The translations under genes were made by a program, and so were the position numbers. Shown here one piece after another: positions 1 to 11,700 of a DNA stretch of 64,000 bases (the first letter of the stretch is position 1; each line of letters opens with the position of its first letter). Origin of the DNA: Caecitellus pseudoparvulus. Its lineage: Eukaryota > Protista > Bigyra: Bicosoecida. Under the pieces are notes generated by a model. It was not told the DNA's origin, searched no databases, and saw only the letters and a program-made list of their open reading frames with translations. The stretch covers positions 62,001 to 126,000 of the forward strand of contig CBFFRQ010000092.1 of NCBI GenBank assembly GCA_965644315.1, in the 5' to 3' direction.

Positions 1-1221
1 GTTGAGGCAGAGGAGGAGGAGGATGTGCAGCTGGAGGATGCCTGCGGCGGCAGTCAGCGAGACGGCGATAGCGCGAGTGAGGGCGGCGCCAGCGAGGCAG
101 GCTCGGAGACGGGGGACTCCTCAGACGGCGAGGACGTAGACCCTGCTGCAGTGCAGGCCCTGGAGGCAGACATGGCGGCCCTGGCGGCCTTGGCAGACAC
201 AGTCGCTACCCGCCTGGACACCTACCGTACCGGCAAGCGCGACCTGCTGCAGCTACTGACGAACTTGTCTAAAGACGGCTCGGCCCGGGCAGAGCAAGAG
301 GCTGCAGCTGCCCTGGCCACCCCCACGCGCGCGACTCGTGAGAGCTCGGGCACCTCCTCTGGTCCCGCCGTCTCTGCAGCCCTGCCCACCAGCACACCGG
401 CGCCGGCGCCAGCCGCACCTTCCGCCACCACTCCCTCCACCACCTCCACCGCCGTGACCGAAGGCCGGAAATCCGCTGCCGCAGCTGCAGCTGCCGTGGC
501 GGCTCGCCTGGGTGCCAAGCTGCCGCCTCCCTCGGCACTTGGCTCGGGCAATGCGGCCCAGGACCAAGAGCTACCTGCCTCGCTGCCTGGAGACCTCCCT
601 GCCATCCCCATGCGGCGATCTGTGTCAGACCCAGGCGCCAGGCGCCCGTCCCAAAACCGTCCTCTGCACATGGGCCCAGGTCGAGGCCCAGGTCCGCGTA
701 TGGGGCCAGGATCAGGTCCGGGTTTGGGGCCAGGATCAGGTCCGGGTATGGGGCCAGGACCAGGACGAGGCCCGGGTCCGAACATGGGACGAGGCCCGGG
801 TCCAAGTCCGGATCGGGGTCCGGGTTCGGATTGGGGTCCAGATCGGGGTCCGGGTCCAGATCGGGGTCCAGGGCCAGATCAGGGCCCAGGTCGTGGCATG
901 GGCGGCGGACCAGGGTGGATGAGGCAGGATGGCCCTCCGCGGGGAGGGGGGTTCCCACCCCAGCGGTGGGGGGACGAAGGTGGACCGTTCCGGGGAGAGG
1001 GGTGGTCGCACCCGTCCCCTGGGCGGGGTCCGCGGGGGCCGCGAGGTGGGCCCTGGCGTGAGCACCAGGAAGGGGGGCGCTGGGGCGACATGCGGGGGGG
1101 GTGGGGTCCAGGGCCGGACTTCCCACCTCGTGGTGGGGGGTTCCACGGTGGACCCAGGGGGGGGCACGGGCGGCACGGCGGACGTGGTCGTGGACGCGGG
1201 CGGGGTCGAGGGGGGTATTGA
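1..1221 (+). CDS. 3' part of a gene for a low-complexity protein (acidic segment, short helical segment, Gly-Pro repeats, C-terminal RGG/RG tail); 5' end lies outside the window
   Basis: Frame is open from base 1 to TGA at 1219-1221 with GC-ending codon bias; ends GGRGRGRGRGRGGY. Confidence 0.75.
   Translation, partial: VEAEEEEDVQLEDACGGSQRDGDSASEGGASEAGSETGDSSDGEDVDPAAVQALEADMAALAALADTVATRLDTYRTGKRDLLQLLTNLSKDGSARAEQEAAAALATPTRATRESSGTSSGPAVSAALPTSTPAPAPAAPSATTPSTTSTAVTEGRKSAAAAAAAVAARLGAKLPPPSALGSGNAAQDQELPASLPGDLPAIPMRRSVSDPGARRPSQNRPLHMGPGRGPGPRMGPGSGPGLGPGSGPGMGPGPGRGPGPNMGRGPGPSPDRGPGSDWGPDRGPGPDRGPGPDQGPGRGMGGGPGWMRQDGPPRGGGFPPQRWGDEGGPFRGEGWSHPSPGRGPRGPRGGPWREHQEGGRWGDMRGGWGPGPDFPPRGGGFHGGPRGGHGRHGGRGRGRGRGRGGY
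672..915 (+). repeat. Coding tandem repeat (18-24 nt units) encoding GPGxGPG / GPDRGPG
   Basis: Repeated ggggccaggatcaggtccgggt and ccagatcggggtccggg units seen directly. Confidence 0.85.
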
Positions 1222-1277
1222 GCAGCCGCTGCAGGGGGGTGTGGGGCTATGGGGCTGTGCATTCGACTGCCGGCGCT

Positions 1278-2807
1278 TCATCGCTCCTCGTCGCGCAGCT
1301 TGAAGAGGGCGGAGATGCTCTTGTTGTCGTGCACGCACTCCATGGCGTCTGCCAGCAGCTGCGCCACTGAGATGTGCACCACCTTGGGGTTGCCGCTGTG
1401 AGGGGGGTGTGGGGGGTGTGGGGGGTGTGGCGTGTGCACAGAGTGGAGCTGGTGGTTCGTGCTGACGTACGCGATCTTGGCGTTGGCAGGCACTGTGTTC
1501 AGCACCACCACCTCCTCCAGGCAGCTCTTCTCGATGTTGGCCGAGGCGTTGCCGGAGAACAGCCCGTGGCTGGCCAGAGCGTACACTCGCCTGTGGGGGG
1601 GGGGTGACAGGCATGTGCCGAGCGGGGGCAGAATGCAAGCACAGGCGGCACCACACGCACTTTGCCCCACGGCGCTTCAGCTCGGCGGCTGCCTTGCACA
1701 GTGTGCCTGCAGTGTCGCTGTGCAGGGGGTGCGGCGGTGGCGGTGTGTCTCGTGCCCTGCACGGCGCAGCGCTGTTGGGCGTCGCGGGCTCACATCATGT
1801 CGTCGACGATGATGACGTCACAGCCGTCGACGGAGCCGACGAGGTCCATGGTGGCGATCTTGTTGGCGCCGGAGCGCTGCTTGATGATCATGGCCAGACC
1901 CGGCTCCTCGTCGGTGGGGGACACCTCCTTGAAGCGCTCACGGAACTGCTTGCAACGGTACACGCCGCCAGCGTCGGGGGACACGACGACGACGTTCTGC
2001 AGGTCCTTCTTGGCGAAGTAGTTCACGCCGACGATGCCGCCGTCCAGGTTGTCCACTGGTGTGCGTGGGGAGAAGAAACCCTGGATCTGGCCGCAGTGCA
2101 GGTCCACTGCCACCACGCGGTCCACGCCCATGCTCTCCAGGAGCACCGCGACGTCGGCGGCAGAAATGGGCACTCGGCTGATGAGCTTGCGGTCTTGACG
2201 GGCGTAGCCGTACTGTGGTGCGGGGCAGGCAGGGCCAGTTACGCGGGGGGGGCGGCGAGGAGCGTGCACACCTGCAGCACGCACGTAAGGAATCACAGCG
2301 GTAATCTTGTCCGCACTGGAGCGACGGGCGGTGCTGATGAGCAGCAGCAGCTCCATGAGATGCTTGTTCACATCGGGGCACGTGGGCTGCACAATGTACA
2401 CCTGGCGCCCGCGGACGTTCTCGCCAAGCTGTGGAGGCGCGGGGGCGTTTCCATGTGAAACGGCAGAAAACCCGCATCTCGCCTCGACGCACCCGAATGG
2501 AGACTTCTCCGTCAGCAAAGCGCTTGACACTAGCCGCGGCAAGGGGCTTGCCAAGCTTCTCAGCCACCTCCTGTGCCAGAGGCAGGTTGGCAGTGCCGGA
2601 AAAGATGACCATGTCCGAGTGGTCCTCCAGGCACCACGCCAAACTCCCGCCCGCCATCATGGCGGCAGCAGCTGCAGCAGCAGCAGCACCAAAGGCATAC
2701 CCCTGGGACCCAGCGCCAGCAGCAGCGGCCGCTGGCATGTGGCTTGCCGTCATTGCGACGGCAGAGGGTGCCAGGCGCCTCAGAGGCTTGACTGCAGCAG
2801 ACAGCAT
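1278..2807 (-). CDS. PRPS: Ribose-phosphate pyrophosphokinase (PRPP synthetase), 6 exons, with N-terminal targeting extension
   Basis: Motifs IFSGTANLPLA, RFADGE, VIPY-YGYARQDRK, DLHCGQIQGFF, VVSPDAGG, IIVDDMIDTAGTL, ALASHGLFS. GT-AG introns 2429-2492, 2213-2284, 1718-1793, 1591-1660, 1396-1470 join these in frame. Confidence 0.95.
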
Positions 2808-2920
2808 GTTGATGCAGGGGGGGGTCAAACTCAATCACGCAACACGCGCCGTGTGGGCGGGCAAAGCACAGAGTGTGCAGGGGTGGGCTGAGTGTAAGCA
2901 GGGTGTCGAAAGTGTCTACA

Positions 2921-4063
2921 TTACTGCATTGGGCGGGGGGCGTGGACGGAAGCGCCACTCCACTGCCACTTCACCTTGGCCCGCTCAGCTGGTTCTGGCA
3001 AAGTTGCCTCCCGCTGCCGCTTGCCCGACCTGTGGGTTGGATTGGCACTTCCCCCAATCACAGGGCCTGCTTCCCCTTGCGCTGGCGTGGGCGCAGTGCG
3101 CGGCGCAGGCGCCGGGTGGGTGAGTGCAGCTGCGTGCTGCACCGGCCATGCTGGGTGAAACTCGACCAGGTGAGGCAGGGTGGACTGGGGCCCTCTGCTG
3201 ATAGTCTGCTCAGGTTTGGAGTGGAGGGTGCAGCCAGTGATGTGGGCGACGCCGGGAACCCCTCGCACTGCCTCTTGAACGCTCTGCAGAACTGCACTTG
3301 CGTTGTGCATATCAGCGAGTACCTGCGGTAGTGGACAGGCGAGGGGAGAGTGTTTGAAGCGCACAGCACCGAACTGATCCCAGTGTTGCACTCACACTCT
3401 CTGCCGCTGCAGGGTTCAGGCCAACCAGGGTTTCAAACGCCGCTTCACTCAGGCTGCAGCGCAGCAACACGCCGTGCGGCTGCACCACCAGCTCCACGCT
3501 GTCAGAAGACTTAGATGCTCCAGAGGAGGCTCGCAAGTCCTTGGATTCCTTTGCCACTTTCACTTGCATGCTCTCCTGCGCACAGCGAGCGGTGAAGCGT
3601 CCGTGCGGCGTTTCATGCGCCGATTGCGCCGCTTCAACGCACTCTGGAGCCGGGCACAGCCACCCTCGACAGAGTGAGCTTGTGTGCAACTGCTCGCAAC
3701 CCGAGGCTGTGTGGGCCTAGGTTGGGCACAAGGAAGGCAAAGCCGAACCCACGGTGAGCCGCTGAGCCAGCTTTGCGCTGCAGGCGCACATGAGTGACGA
3801 CGGCGCGGTCGCCCACCGCAGCTTGTAAGGCTGTCTCCACACCACTTTCTTGCAAGGCTGCGGGGACTCCCCCCACAAACAGCTTCAGGGTGTGCGGGGA
3901 AGGGCTGCAGAGCCGGGCGTGCGGCAAGAGCGTGACGGCACGGCAAGTTCGCAGCAGTGTGGGAAGTCAGGGCAGCTCACTTGGCGTAGTCCAGTGAAGT
4001 CAGGTGTAGATCATGGACGATTACGTGGTATGCCTCCAGCTGTGACTCCTGGGCAGCCGCCAT
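2921..4063 (-). CDS. RRM-domain RNA-binding protein, 4 exons
   Basis: RNP2 KLFVGGV and RNP1 RGFGFAFL. ATG at 4063; introns 3905-3980, ~3575-3641 and 3323-3395 give a continuous frame ending at 2921. Confidence 0.75.
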
Positions 4064-4322
4064 TCACTGCCCGGGGTCAGAAGTGGCATGAGCAGCCCGC
4101 GTGCGGGATTTGAACCACACCAGCACGCGGGCGCACAATGCTCAGAGGCGCAACAATGCGCTGTGTGAACTAATTCACCCCGCCACGTTCCATGGTGCCT
4201 ATTCTCTGCACCGATGCAAGTCGTTTTGGGCTGCCTGAACCCTTCAATTGTGGCCGAGGCCGCTTCGTTTGGGCCCTCGGCGTGCGCCGGCGACACACCG
4301 CTGACACCAGCCGCAGCCTGCC

Positions 4323-7300
4323 ATGGTGAGTGGACTCTCCGCAGCACGGCGGAGCGAGGCCCTCTCCCCAGTGCCTGCATCCATGCAGCAACACCTCAGC
4401 GCCCCCCATCCGCGTGCGTCACCCCACCTCTCTCCCTGGCGGCCTGCAGGATTCACCTAGCTCCAGCTCCCGCCGAGGGCGGGGGCGTCGGTCAGAGGAA
4501 GACCTTCGCGGCAGCAGCTCGCGGCAGACGGAAAGCGAAGGCGAGGACCTCATCCACGATGACATGATGTGCGTCTGCGGCGCCGGAGCTGCGACGTGCC
4601 TCGCGTCAGGCGCGTCGCAAGGCGCTCGTCGCCGCGTGCGCGGGTGCGGTATTTGAGATGACCGCCGTGACACGCACAAGCGCCCCCCGCTTCCCAGGCG
4701 AGACTACCAGCGACATGACGTGCTGGACCAGTATGATGCAGGCATGCTGGATGATCGGCAGCAGCGTGTGCTGACGGCAGAGCAGCGCCTGCGTGCTGAG
4801 CGCGAGATGGAGGCACGTGACGCTGCTCGGACAGGCAGGGCGCTGCCAGGCATGGAGGATGTCGCAGACGCGGAAGGTGCGTGCAGGGCGCCGCAGTACA
4901 GGGTCGCCTGTCGCGTGGAAGACACTACCCAGCGTGCTACTCCCGCCGCCTCCACCACCTGCACTGTCGCCTCCTCTCCGCTGCCGCAGACGACACGGCG
5001 GACTTGCAGCAGCGCATGGAGCGCGGTGTTCTGGGTGAAGAGGAGCTGTTCCAGGACGTCGTGCACATCGACGACTACTCTGGGCCCCTGCGAGAGTGGT
5101 TGGCCCAGGAGCACGTGCAGCTGGAGGTGAAGCGGCGTTTCCGGCGTTTCCTGGTGTCCTTCCAAGACAGCGCCCAGCACGAAGTGTACCAGGCAGCCAT
5201 CGAGGCGCTGGCAGCCCACAACAGGCAGAGCCTGGAGGTGTCGTACCTGCACCTGTCCACAGACCAGCCCACGCTGGCCATTTGGCTGGCCGACGCGCCC
5301 AAGGAAATGCTCACGCTGATGGACGAAGTGGCGCGCACCATGGTGCTTAGTCTTTTTCCCGACTACTCCCAAGTGCACCAAGACATCCACGTTCGCATCT
5401 GCGACCTGCCCATCAAGGACAGCCTGCGCGAGCTGCGGCACCTGCACTTGAACGCACTCATCAAGGTGTCGGGTGTCGTCACCCGGCGCACGGGCGTGTT
5501 CCCCCAGCTCAAGGTGATGCGTTTCACGTGCATGAAGTGCGGCACAGTGACGGGCCCCATCACCCACTCCCACCAGGGCAAGGTGCAGGTGGGTGCCTGC
5601 GTGGCATGTCAGTCGGCTGGCCCCTTCTCCCTGAACACAGAACAGACAGTGTACCAGAACTACCAGAAGATCACACTGCAGGAGTCCCCTGGGTCGGTGC
5701 CTGCGGGGCGCGTGCCGCGTTACAAAGACGTCATCCTGCTGGCAGACCTCATCGACGCAGCACGGCCTGGGGAGGAAGTGGAGATCACAGGCGTGTACAC
5801 ACACACCTTCGACCCCGGCATGAACACGAAGCAGGGTTTCCCTGTCTTCTCCACGGTGCTGGAGGCGAACTACGTGCAGAAGAAGGCTGACGCGCTGGCC
5901 TCCACGACCCTCACCGAGGAGGAAAAGGCGGAAATTGAAGAGCTGAGCAAGGACCCGCGCATCGGCGAGCGCATCATCCAGAGCATCGCGCCGTCCATCT
6001 ACGGCAACACACACGTGAAGACGGCAGCGGCCCTGGCCATGTTCGGCGGCCGGGAGAAGAACGTTAACAACAAGCACCGCATTCGAGGCGACATCAACGT
6101 GCTGCTGCTGGGTGACCCCGGGACAGCCAAGTCCCAGGTGCTCAAGTACGTCGAAAAGACGGCTTCCCGAGCCGTGTACACGACTGGCAAGGGTGCGTCT
6201 GCCGTCGGTCTCACCGCCTCTGTGCACCGCGACCCCATCACGCGTGAATGGACCTTGGAGGGCGGTGCGCTTGTGCTGGCAGACAGGGGTGTCTGCCTCA
6301 TCGACGAGTTCGACAAGATGAACGACGCAGACCGCACCAGTATCCACGAGGCCATGGAGCAGCAGAGCATCTCCATCTCCAAGGCAGGCATCGTGACGAC
6401 GCTGCAGGCGCGCTGCTCCGTAATCGCCGCAGCCAACCCCATCGGCGGGCGGTACGACCCCTCCAAGACGTTCATTGAGAACGTGACTCTCACCGACCCC
6501 ATCCTGCAGCGTTTCGACATCCTCTGCGTGCTGCAGGACACCGTGGACCCCATTGCAGATGAGCGCCTGGCGTCCTTCGTCGTCAACTCTCACACCAAGG
6601 CCCACCCCGCGTACACGGGGGAGGAGACCACAGCGGACGGACAGGCGGCCGCGACAGGGGCAGGGGCTTCGGAGGATGCCCACGGAGCCTCCACACAGGA
6701 CTCTGGCGCAGTGGGCGGCTCGACACAGGACAGCACTCTGGGGTCACAGGCCTCTGTGGCGAGTGGGGGTGACTCCGGCCTCGCGCCCATCTCACAGGAC
6801 CTCCTGCGCAAGTACATCGTGTACGCCAAGCAGCACTGCAAGCCGGCGCTGACGGAGATCAACCAGGAGAAGATCGCGCAGTTGTACGCGGACCTGCGGC
6901 GAGAGAGCGAGGTGTCTAACGGCATCCCAATGGCTGTGCGGCACATCGAGAGCATGATGCGCATGTCAGAAAGCCACGCACGCATGCACCTGCGCAGCAT
7001 GGTCACGGACGAAGACGTGAACATGGCCATCCGCATGATGCTGGAGAGCTTCATCCAGGCGCAGAAATTCGCAGTCATGCGCACCCTGCGCCGGCAGTTT
7101 GCCAAGTACATGGACCACGGGCGCGACTTCAACCAGCTGCTCATGTTCAAGCTGCAGGAACTCGTGCGCCACGCCCACGCGAAGGACAAGCTGGGCCTGG
7201 CCTCTGGCGTCGGCTCAGGCGGCGCAGAGGTCGTGCACGAGGATGGCGGCAGCCTGGTAGTGGTGCCCATCAAGGACCTGCAGGAGCGCGCCCGGCGCCA

Positions 7301-7412
7301 CGGCATCCAGGACCTGGCCTCTTTCCTGCGAAGCAGGGAGTTCACGTCCTACGGCTTCAAGCACAACCCGACGGCTGAGCGCGTGGAGCTGCGCTTGACC
7401 CAGCGCCTGTGA
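4323..7412 (+). CDS. MCM2: DNA replication licensing factor MCM2, 4 exons (first coding exon is the ATG alone)
   Basis: N-terminal EGEDLIHDDMMRDY...LDQYD histone-binding region, C4 zinc finger, Walker A GDPGTAKSQ, IDEFDKM, MCM2-type VRHIESM. Introns 4326-4449, 4569-4697, 4877-4989. Confidence 0.96.
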
Positions 7413-7480
7413 TGCCACCTGCCGGCTGGCGCGTGGAACTGAAGCGAAGCGAAATGCAGAGTGCATTGTCAGCCCTGGCA

Positions 7481-8422
7481 CTAGCCCTGCGCTGCACCTG
7501 AAGCTGCCGCAGCGCTGGCTGCAGCGCTGGCCGCGACGGCCTCCTGGCCACCTTCCGGGATCTTGTCGGTCAGGTCCACTGTTGGCTGGGTGACTTCCTC
7601 GGTGACGCCCTCAGCTGTGACGATGGACACCTTCCACTTGGGCTGGTTGATGAGGAAGCGCGTGGCCACCTCGTTGATGCAGGTCTGGATCAGCTCCTTG
7701 CCCTGCTCCAAGGTCATGTCCTCCTGCACGCAGTGCCCGGCAACGCAGGTGAAACGCTGGCATTGCGCGAGGCTCTGGCCGCCGCCGCCCGGCACTCACC
7801 TTGTAGTACCTGTCCAGAGTGGAGAGGATGAAGTAGCCCGCATAGCCGTGGGCGCTGTACTTCGTCTCTTGCATCGTTGCCAAGTAATCCATCCAGTACA
7901 GGTGCCCACTGCCGTCAGCATCCACACCGCCGAGGAGGCAGTTCACCTGGTATGGCGCCTTGCGCAGGGCGTCCGCGAGCTGCAACACGGGAGGTAGTGC
8001 CAAGTATCGTGCTGCATGTCATGCACCGCGGGCCCGTGCGGGAGGCCAGCGACACTCACCTCACGACGGACGTAGTGAGCTGTGCCGTGGCAAGAAGCGG
8101 TTAGGCCTGTCCTCAGCGCATTCAGCTTCACGTTCTTCTCAATGTACTCCAAGAAGCGCACCCGGTCAGCCTGGGGACCAGCTCCACCCAGCACCTTGCT
8201 GTCATCCAGTTGCAAGATCTGCACCGGCGCGGGGTGGCCCGTGCCGCGCCGCTTGCCGTGCCGTCAGTGCCTGGCGGCGTGAAACGCCACCACGCCGCAG
8301 CGTCCGTCCCCCGCACGTACCTTGTGGTCACTGTACTGGTACGCCATGATGGACCGGGCAGCAGACATGTCTGCCGCCACAATCACAAAACCCTTGCCAG
8401 AGACGCCGATGAGGCTGTCCAT
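7481..8422 (-). CDS. PSMB2: Proteasome subunit beta type-2 (beta4/PRE1), 4 exons
   Basis: MDSLIGVSGKGFVIVAAD, PYQVNCLLGG, LYWMDYLA, AHGYAGYFILSTLDRYY. Introns 8219-8320, 7980-8059, 7724-7799. Confidence 0.95.
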
Positions 8423-8732
8423 GACTCTTCCGAAAGCAGCTCAAAGTCTCCACAGCCGGCGCCTGGCGCTGGCAACGTGGTGGGGGGTGCAGCTGGCGAT
8501 TCCTGCGGACCGAACAAAACAAATCGGCCACGAAAAAATTACGCTGCATGCTCCACTAGACAGGCATCTTTGACGTAACTCGCTCATTGCCTCGCCACGC
8601 CAAGCTTGTCTCGCGTTTCATCTGAAACACCGGGAGCTTTCGCCACCTGCAAAGCCTTTCCGGCCGCTTGAAGCACGCCCCGGAGCTGCCGGGGCTGCCC
8701 GAAGTTGCTGCCTCTGCAAAACACCCGCCACC

Positions 8733-11700
8733 ATGCTGAAGGGCCTCCTGGCTCAGGTGTGTGCATGGCTGCGCTGAGCGCAGACCAGACATTCGAAGGC
8801 CACACCACGCTGCCCATGCCACGCAGGTGCTGGTGGGCGCGCTGGGAGACTACGTGGAAGGGATCTCCGCATCTGAGATCGATCTGAGTCTCATGGGCGG
8901 GACAGTGGACTTGCACGACCTCAGGGTCAAGGAGGAGGTGAGCTGCGGCGCGCTTCCGCGCTTCGCCCATGCGGTTGAAGCAAGCTCGCTGCGCCACCCG
9001 ACCACAGGCCTTGGACGGCATGGAGGTGCCGTTCCGCGTGAAGCGGGGAGTCATTGGGCACGTTCGCTTGTTTGTCCCTTCCTACAACCCTTACGAGCTG
9101 AAGAAGCAGCCGCTGGACCTGCACTTGGAGGACGTGTACTTGCTGGTGGGCAAGGCCACTCAGACGCCAGAGGAAATCGAACGCCGCCGCCAGACAGCAG
9201 AGGCCAGCGCCCTCACCTCTGCAGACCTCACCCGGACGCGCATTGCAGGCGAGGAGTTGGCACCGAAAACCGACGAAGGTGACACCGCCACCCTCGTGGG
9301 GGCCATCGTGAACAACATCCGCATCAGCGTGTCCCGCGTGCACCTGCGCTTCGAAGACTCCACCTCCCACGCCAACCACCCCTTTGCCGTGGGCCTGACC
9401 TTCTCCTCCTTCACAACGGAAAACGCCCGGGGTGCAGCAGCAGTCTTCAAGTCCGGCGAGGCGCCTTCCCTGCGCAAAGCGCAGCTGAAAGACCTGGCCG
9501 TGTACTGGGACCCCATGCGGCAGTTGGCAGCAGACGCTGATGAGAGCGCCATGCCCCGGGCGCCGAGGAACCCAGACCACTTCAAGGCGTTCATGAAGGA
9601 GGGTGTGGCGCAAGGCACCACCCTGCCACACCACCACTACACCCTCCCGCCAACGTCCCCCGCAGCCATGCTGGCAAAGGCGCCAGCTGGCCTCGCCGGC
9701 ATCCCCGCACTGTTCGCAAGCCTGTCCTTGCAGGGGGTGCACTTCCAGCTGGACCGCCGGCAGTTTGTCTCGGCCACCTTCCTCCAACTATGGCTTGAGC
9801 TGCACCAGTTCCGCCCGCTGCACCGCCTGCCCTACTCTGACTCCCGCCGCCGCTGCTCTGCTCCAGATGGCACGTTGGCTCCGTCCTCTGAAGGGCGCCG
9901 AGCCCTCCGACGACAGTGGTGGTTTTACTTTGGGCAGTGTGCCATGGCCATGGCCTCTGACGCTTCAGCGCCTGCAGCGGAGGAGGGCCAGGGCGAGGAG
10001 GAGGCTGCGTCGGGGTCGGCAGCGGCTGCTCCAGAGCCCCAGGCGGCGGCGGCCGCACTGAAACCAGCAGGCGGCGCTGCTGCTGCCAAGCCCAAAAGCC
10101 CGAATCGTTTCCGGTCGTACATTGACGCGTTCAAAGGAGTGGTGGTGGCCGAGCGCGCAGCACTGCGCAAGGGCAAGTCCGTGCTGGAAGCCAGAACAGC
10201 TGGCGACGAGGCTCTGGGCAAAGCAGGAAAAGTCGCCCTCCTGGCACAGGAGACGCAGTTCTCCCTCAAGCAACGCCTCTTCCTTCGGTGGATGGCAGAG
10301 CAGGAAGTGCGCCAGGAGGAGAAGAAAGCTGCCGCTGAAGCTGCTGCCAAGCAGCCGACGCAGAAGCGGAGCTGGCTTGCGTGGGCTGGACTTTCCAGCT
10401 CAGACGCGCCTGCTCCGACGTCTGCGACGCTGTCTCCGGAAGAGATGCGGGCCATGTTCAGCGTCCTGGAACCTGACGAGGCCGGAGAGGCCTCTGGAGC
10501 AGGGGATGGCAGAGAAACCCTGCGCCTGCAGCTGCGCCTGCAAGATGCTGAAGTGCACTTGCTGCAGCACGACCGCTCACCAGCAGCCGTGGCCCACATC
10601 GAAGGGCAGGCTGCCCTCTCGTACGCGAAGTTCAAGACGGCCTTTGCGCTGGAACTCACCGACCTGTTCGTGCAGGACCACGTCGCGGAAGGCAGCCAGT
10701 TTCCCCGGCTCCTGCAGGTGGCTCGGGCTGACCGGGCGCCGACGCTGGCAGAGGAGGCGCTCGCCTCCCAGATGAGCGAGGTGACGCACCCTCCCTCAGG
10801 CTTGCTTCCCGCCTTGCAGGCTGTGGGTGCCGCAGACCCATCCGCACCGAGCACCCCGGCCAGCGGCCTTGCCAGCCGAGCAGCGGCGATGCTGATGCTG
10901 ACACTGCAGTCCAAGGCAGCCCCCGGAGCACAGCCCGGGTCCACCGTGTCCAAACTGCAAAAGATTCACTTGCAAGGGCGGCTGCGCCCGCTCCAGGCTG
11001 TCGTCGCGCCAGCTTCGCTGTCCGCCTTGGCCACGATGTTCGCCTTCCCAGCCTCTGGCGCTCTGCGTGACCAGTTGGTGGGCCGTCTCATGGCGCTCTC
11101 AGCCCCGAGCCAAAGTGAAGTGTGGGACATGCTGAAGGATCGCCCCCAGCTGGACGTGGACGTGCAGCTGGCCGCGCCTGTGGTGCAGTTGCCCACGGAT
11201 GTGCGGGAGCCCTCGGCAGGCATGCTCACGCTGCACGTGGGGAAAGTGGGCATCACCAGCAGTGGGGCGGACCTGGAGGCCTTGAGCAGGCTCCTGCCAG
11301 AGGAGGCAGGTGCCGAGGCTGGCGCCGCCTCCTCCTTCCAGCACATGTACGACTGCATTGGGTTCAGGTGGGAAGCAGTGCACGCCGAGGTCCTTGCGCC
11401 ACACGCCTCGCAGCCGGCCCCTGTGCTTTCTCCCACTTCCTTCACCAGCTCATTCGGCATGCGTGCTGTGCCCGCCAGCATCGCACCACATGCGCCGGAT
11501 GCACTGGTGAAGGCAGAGGTGCCTGCTGTGCAAGTGGACTTGTCAGCTGCGCTGCTGCAGCAGTTGCAGCAGCTCTCTCGCCATGCAGCTGATCTCACTG
11601 CAGAGCTTGCCGCCGCAGAGGCCGCTGCAGCGGAGGAAGCGGCTGCAATGACCGACATTCCGTCCGAGGCTGTGTCGTCCCGCATCGCGGCAGGGGCCGA

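Noticed and set aside
1398-1432. (GGGGGGTGT)n tract as a functional G-quadruplex
   Set aside because: It is the C-rich tract upstream of the acceptor in a minus-strand PRPS intron, and similar C runs occur in other introns here.
4704-6683. 659-aa antisense ORF, and similar ones at 34507-35901, 49024-51519, 50049-51917, 55038-57362, 59022-61313, 60176-61702
   Set aside because: Shadow ORFs expected from high GC and codon bias in the overlapping real genes; no recognisable motifs.
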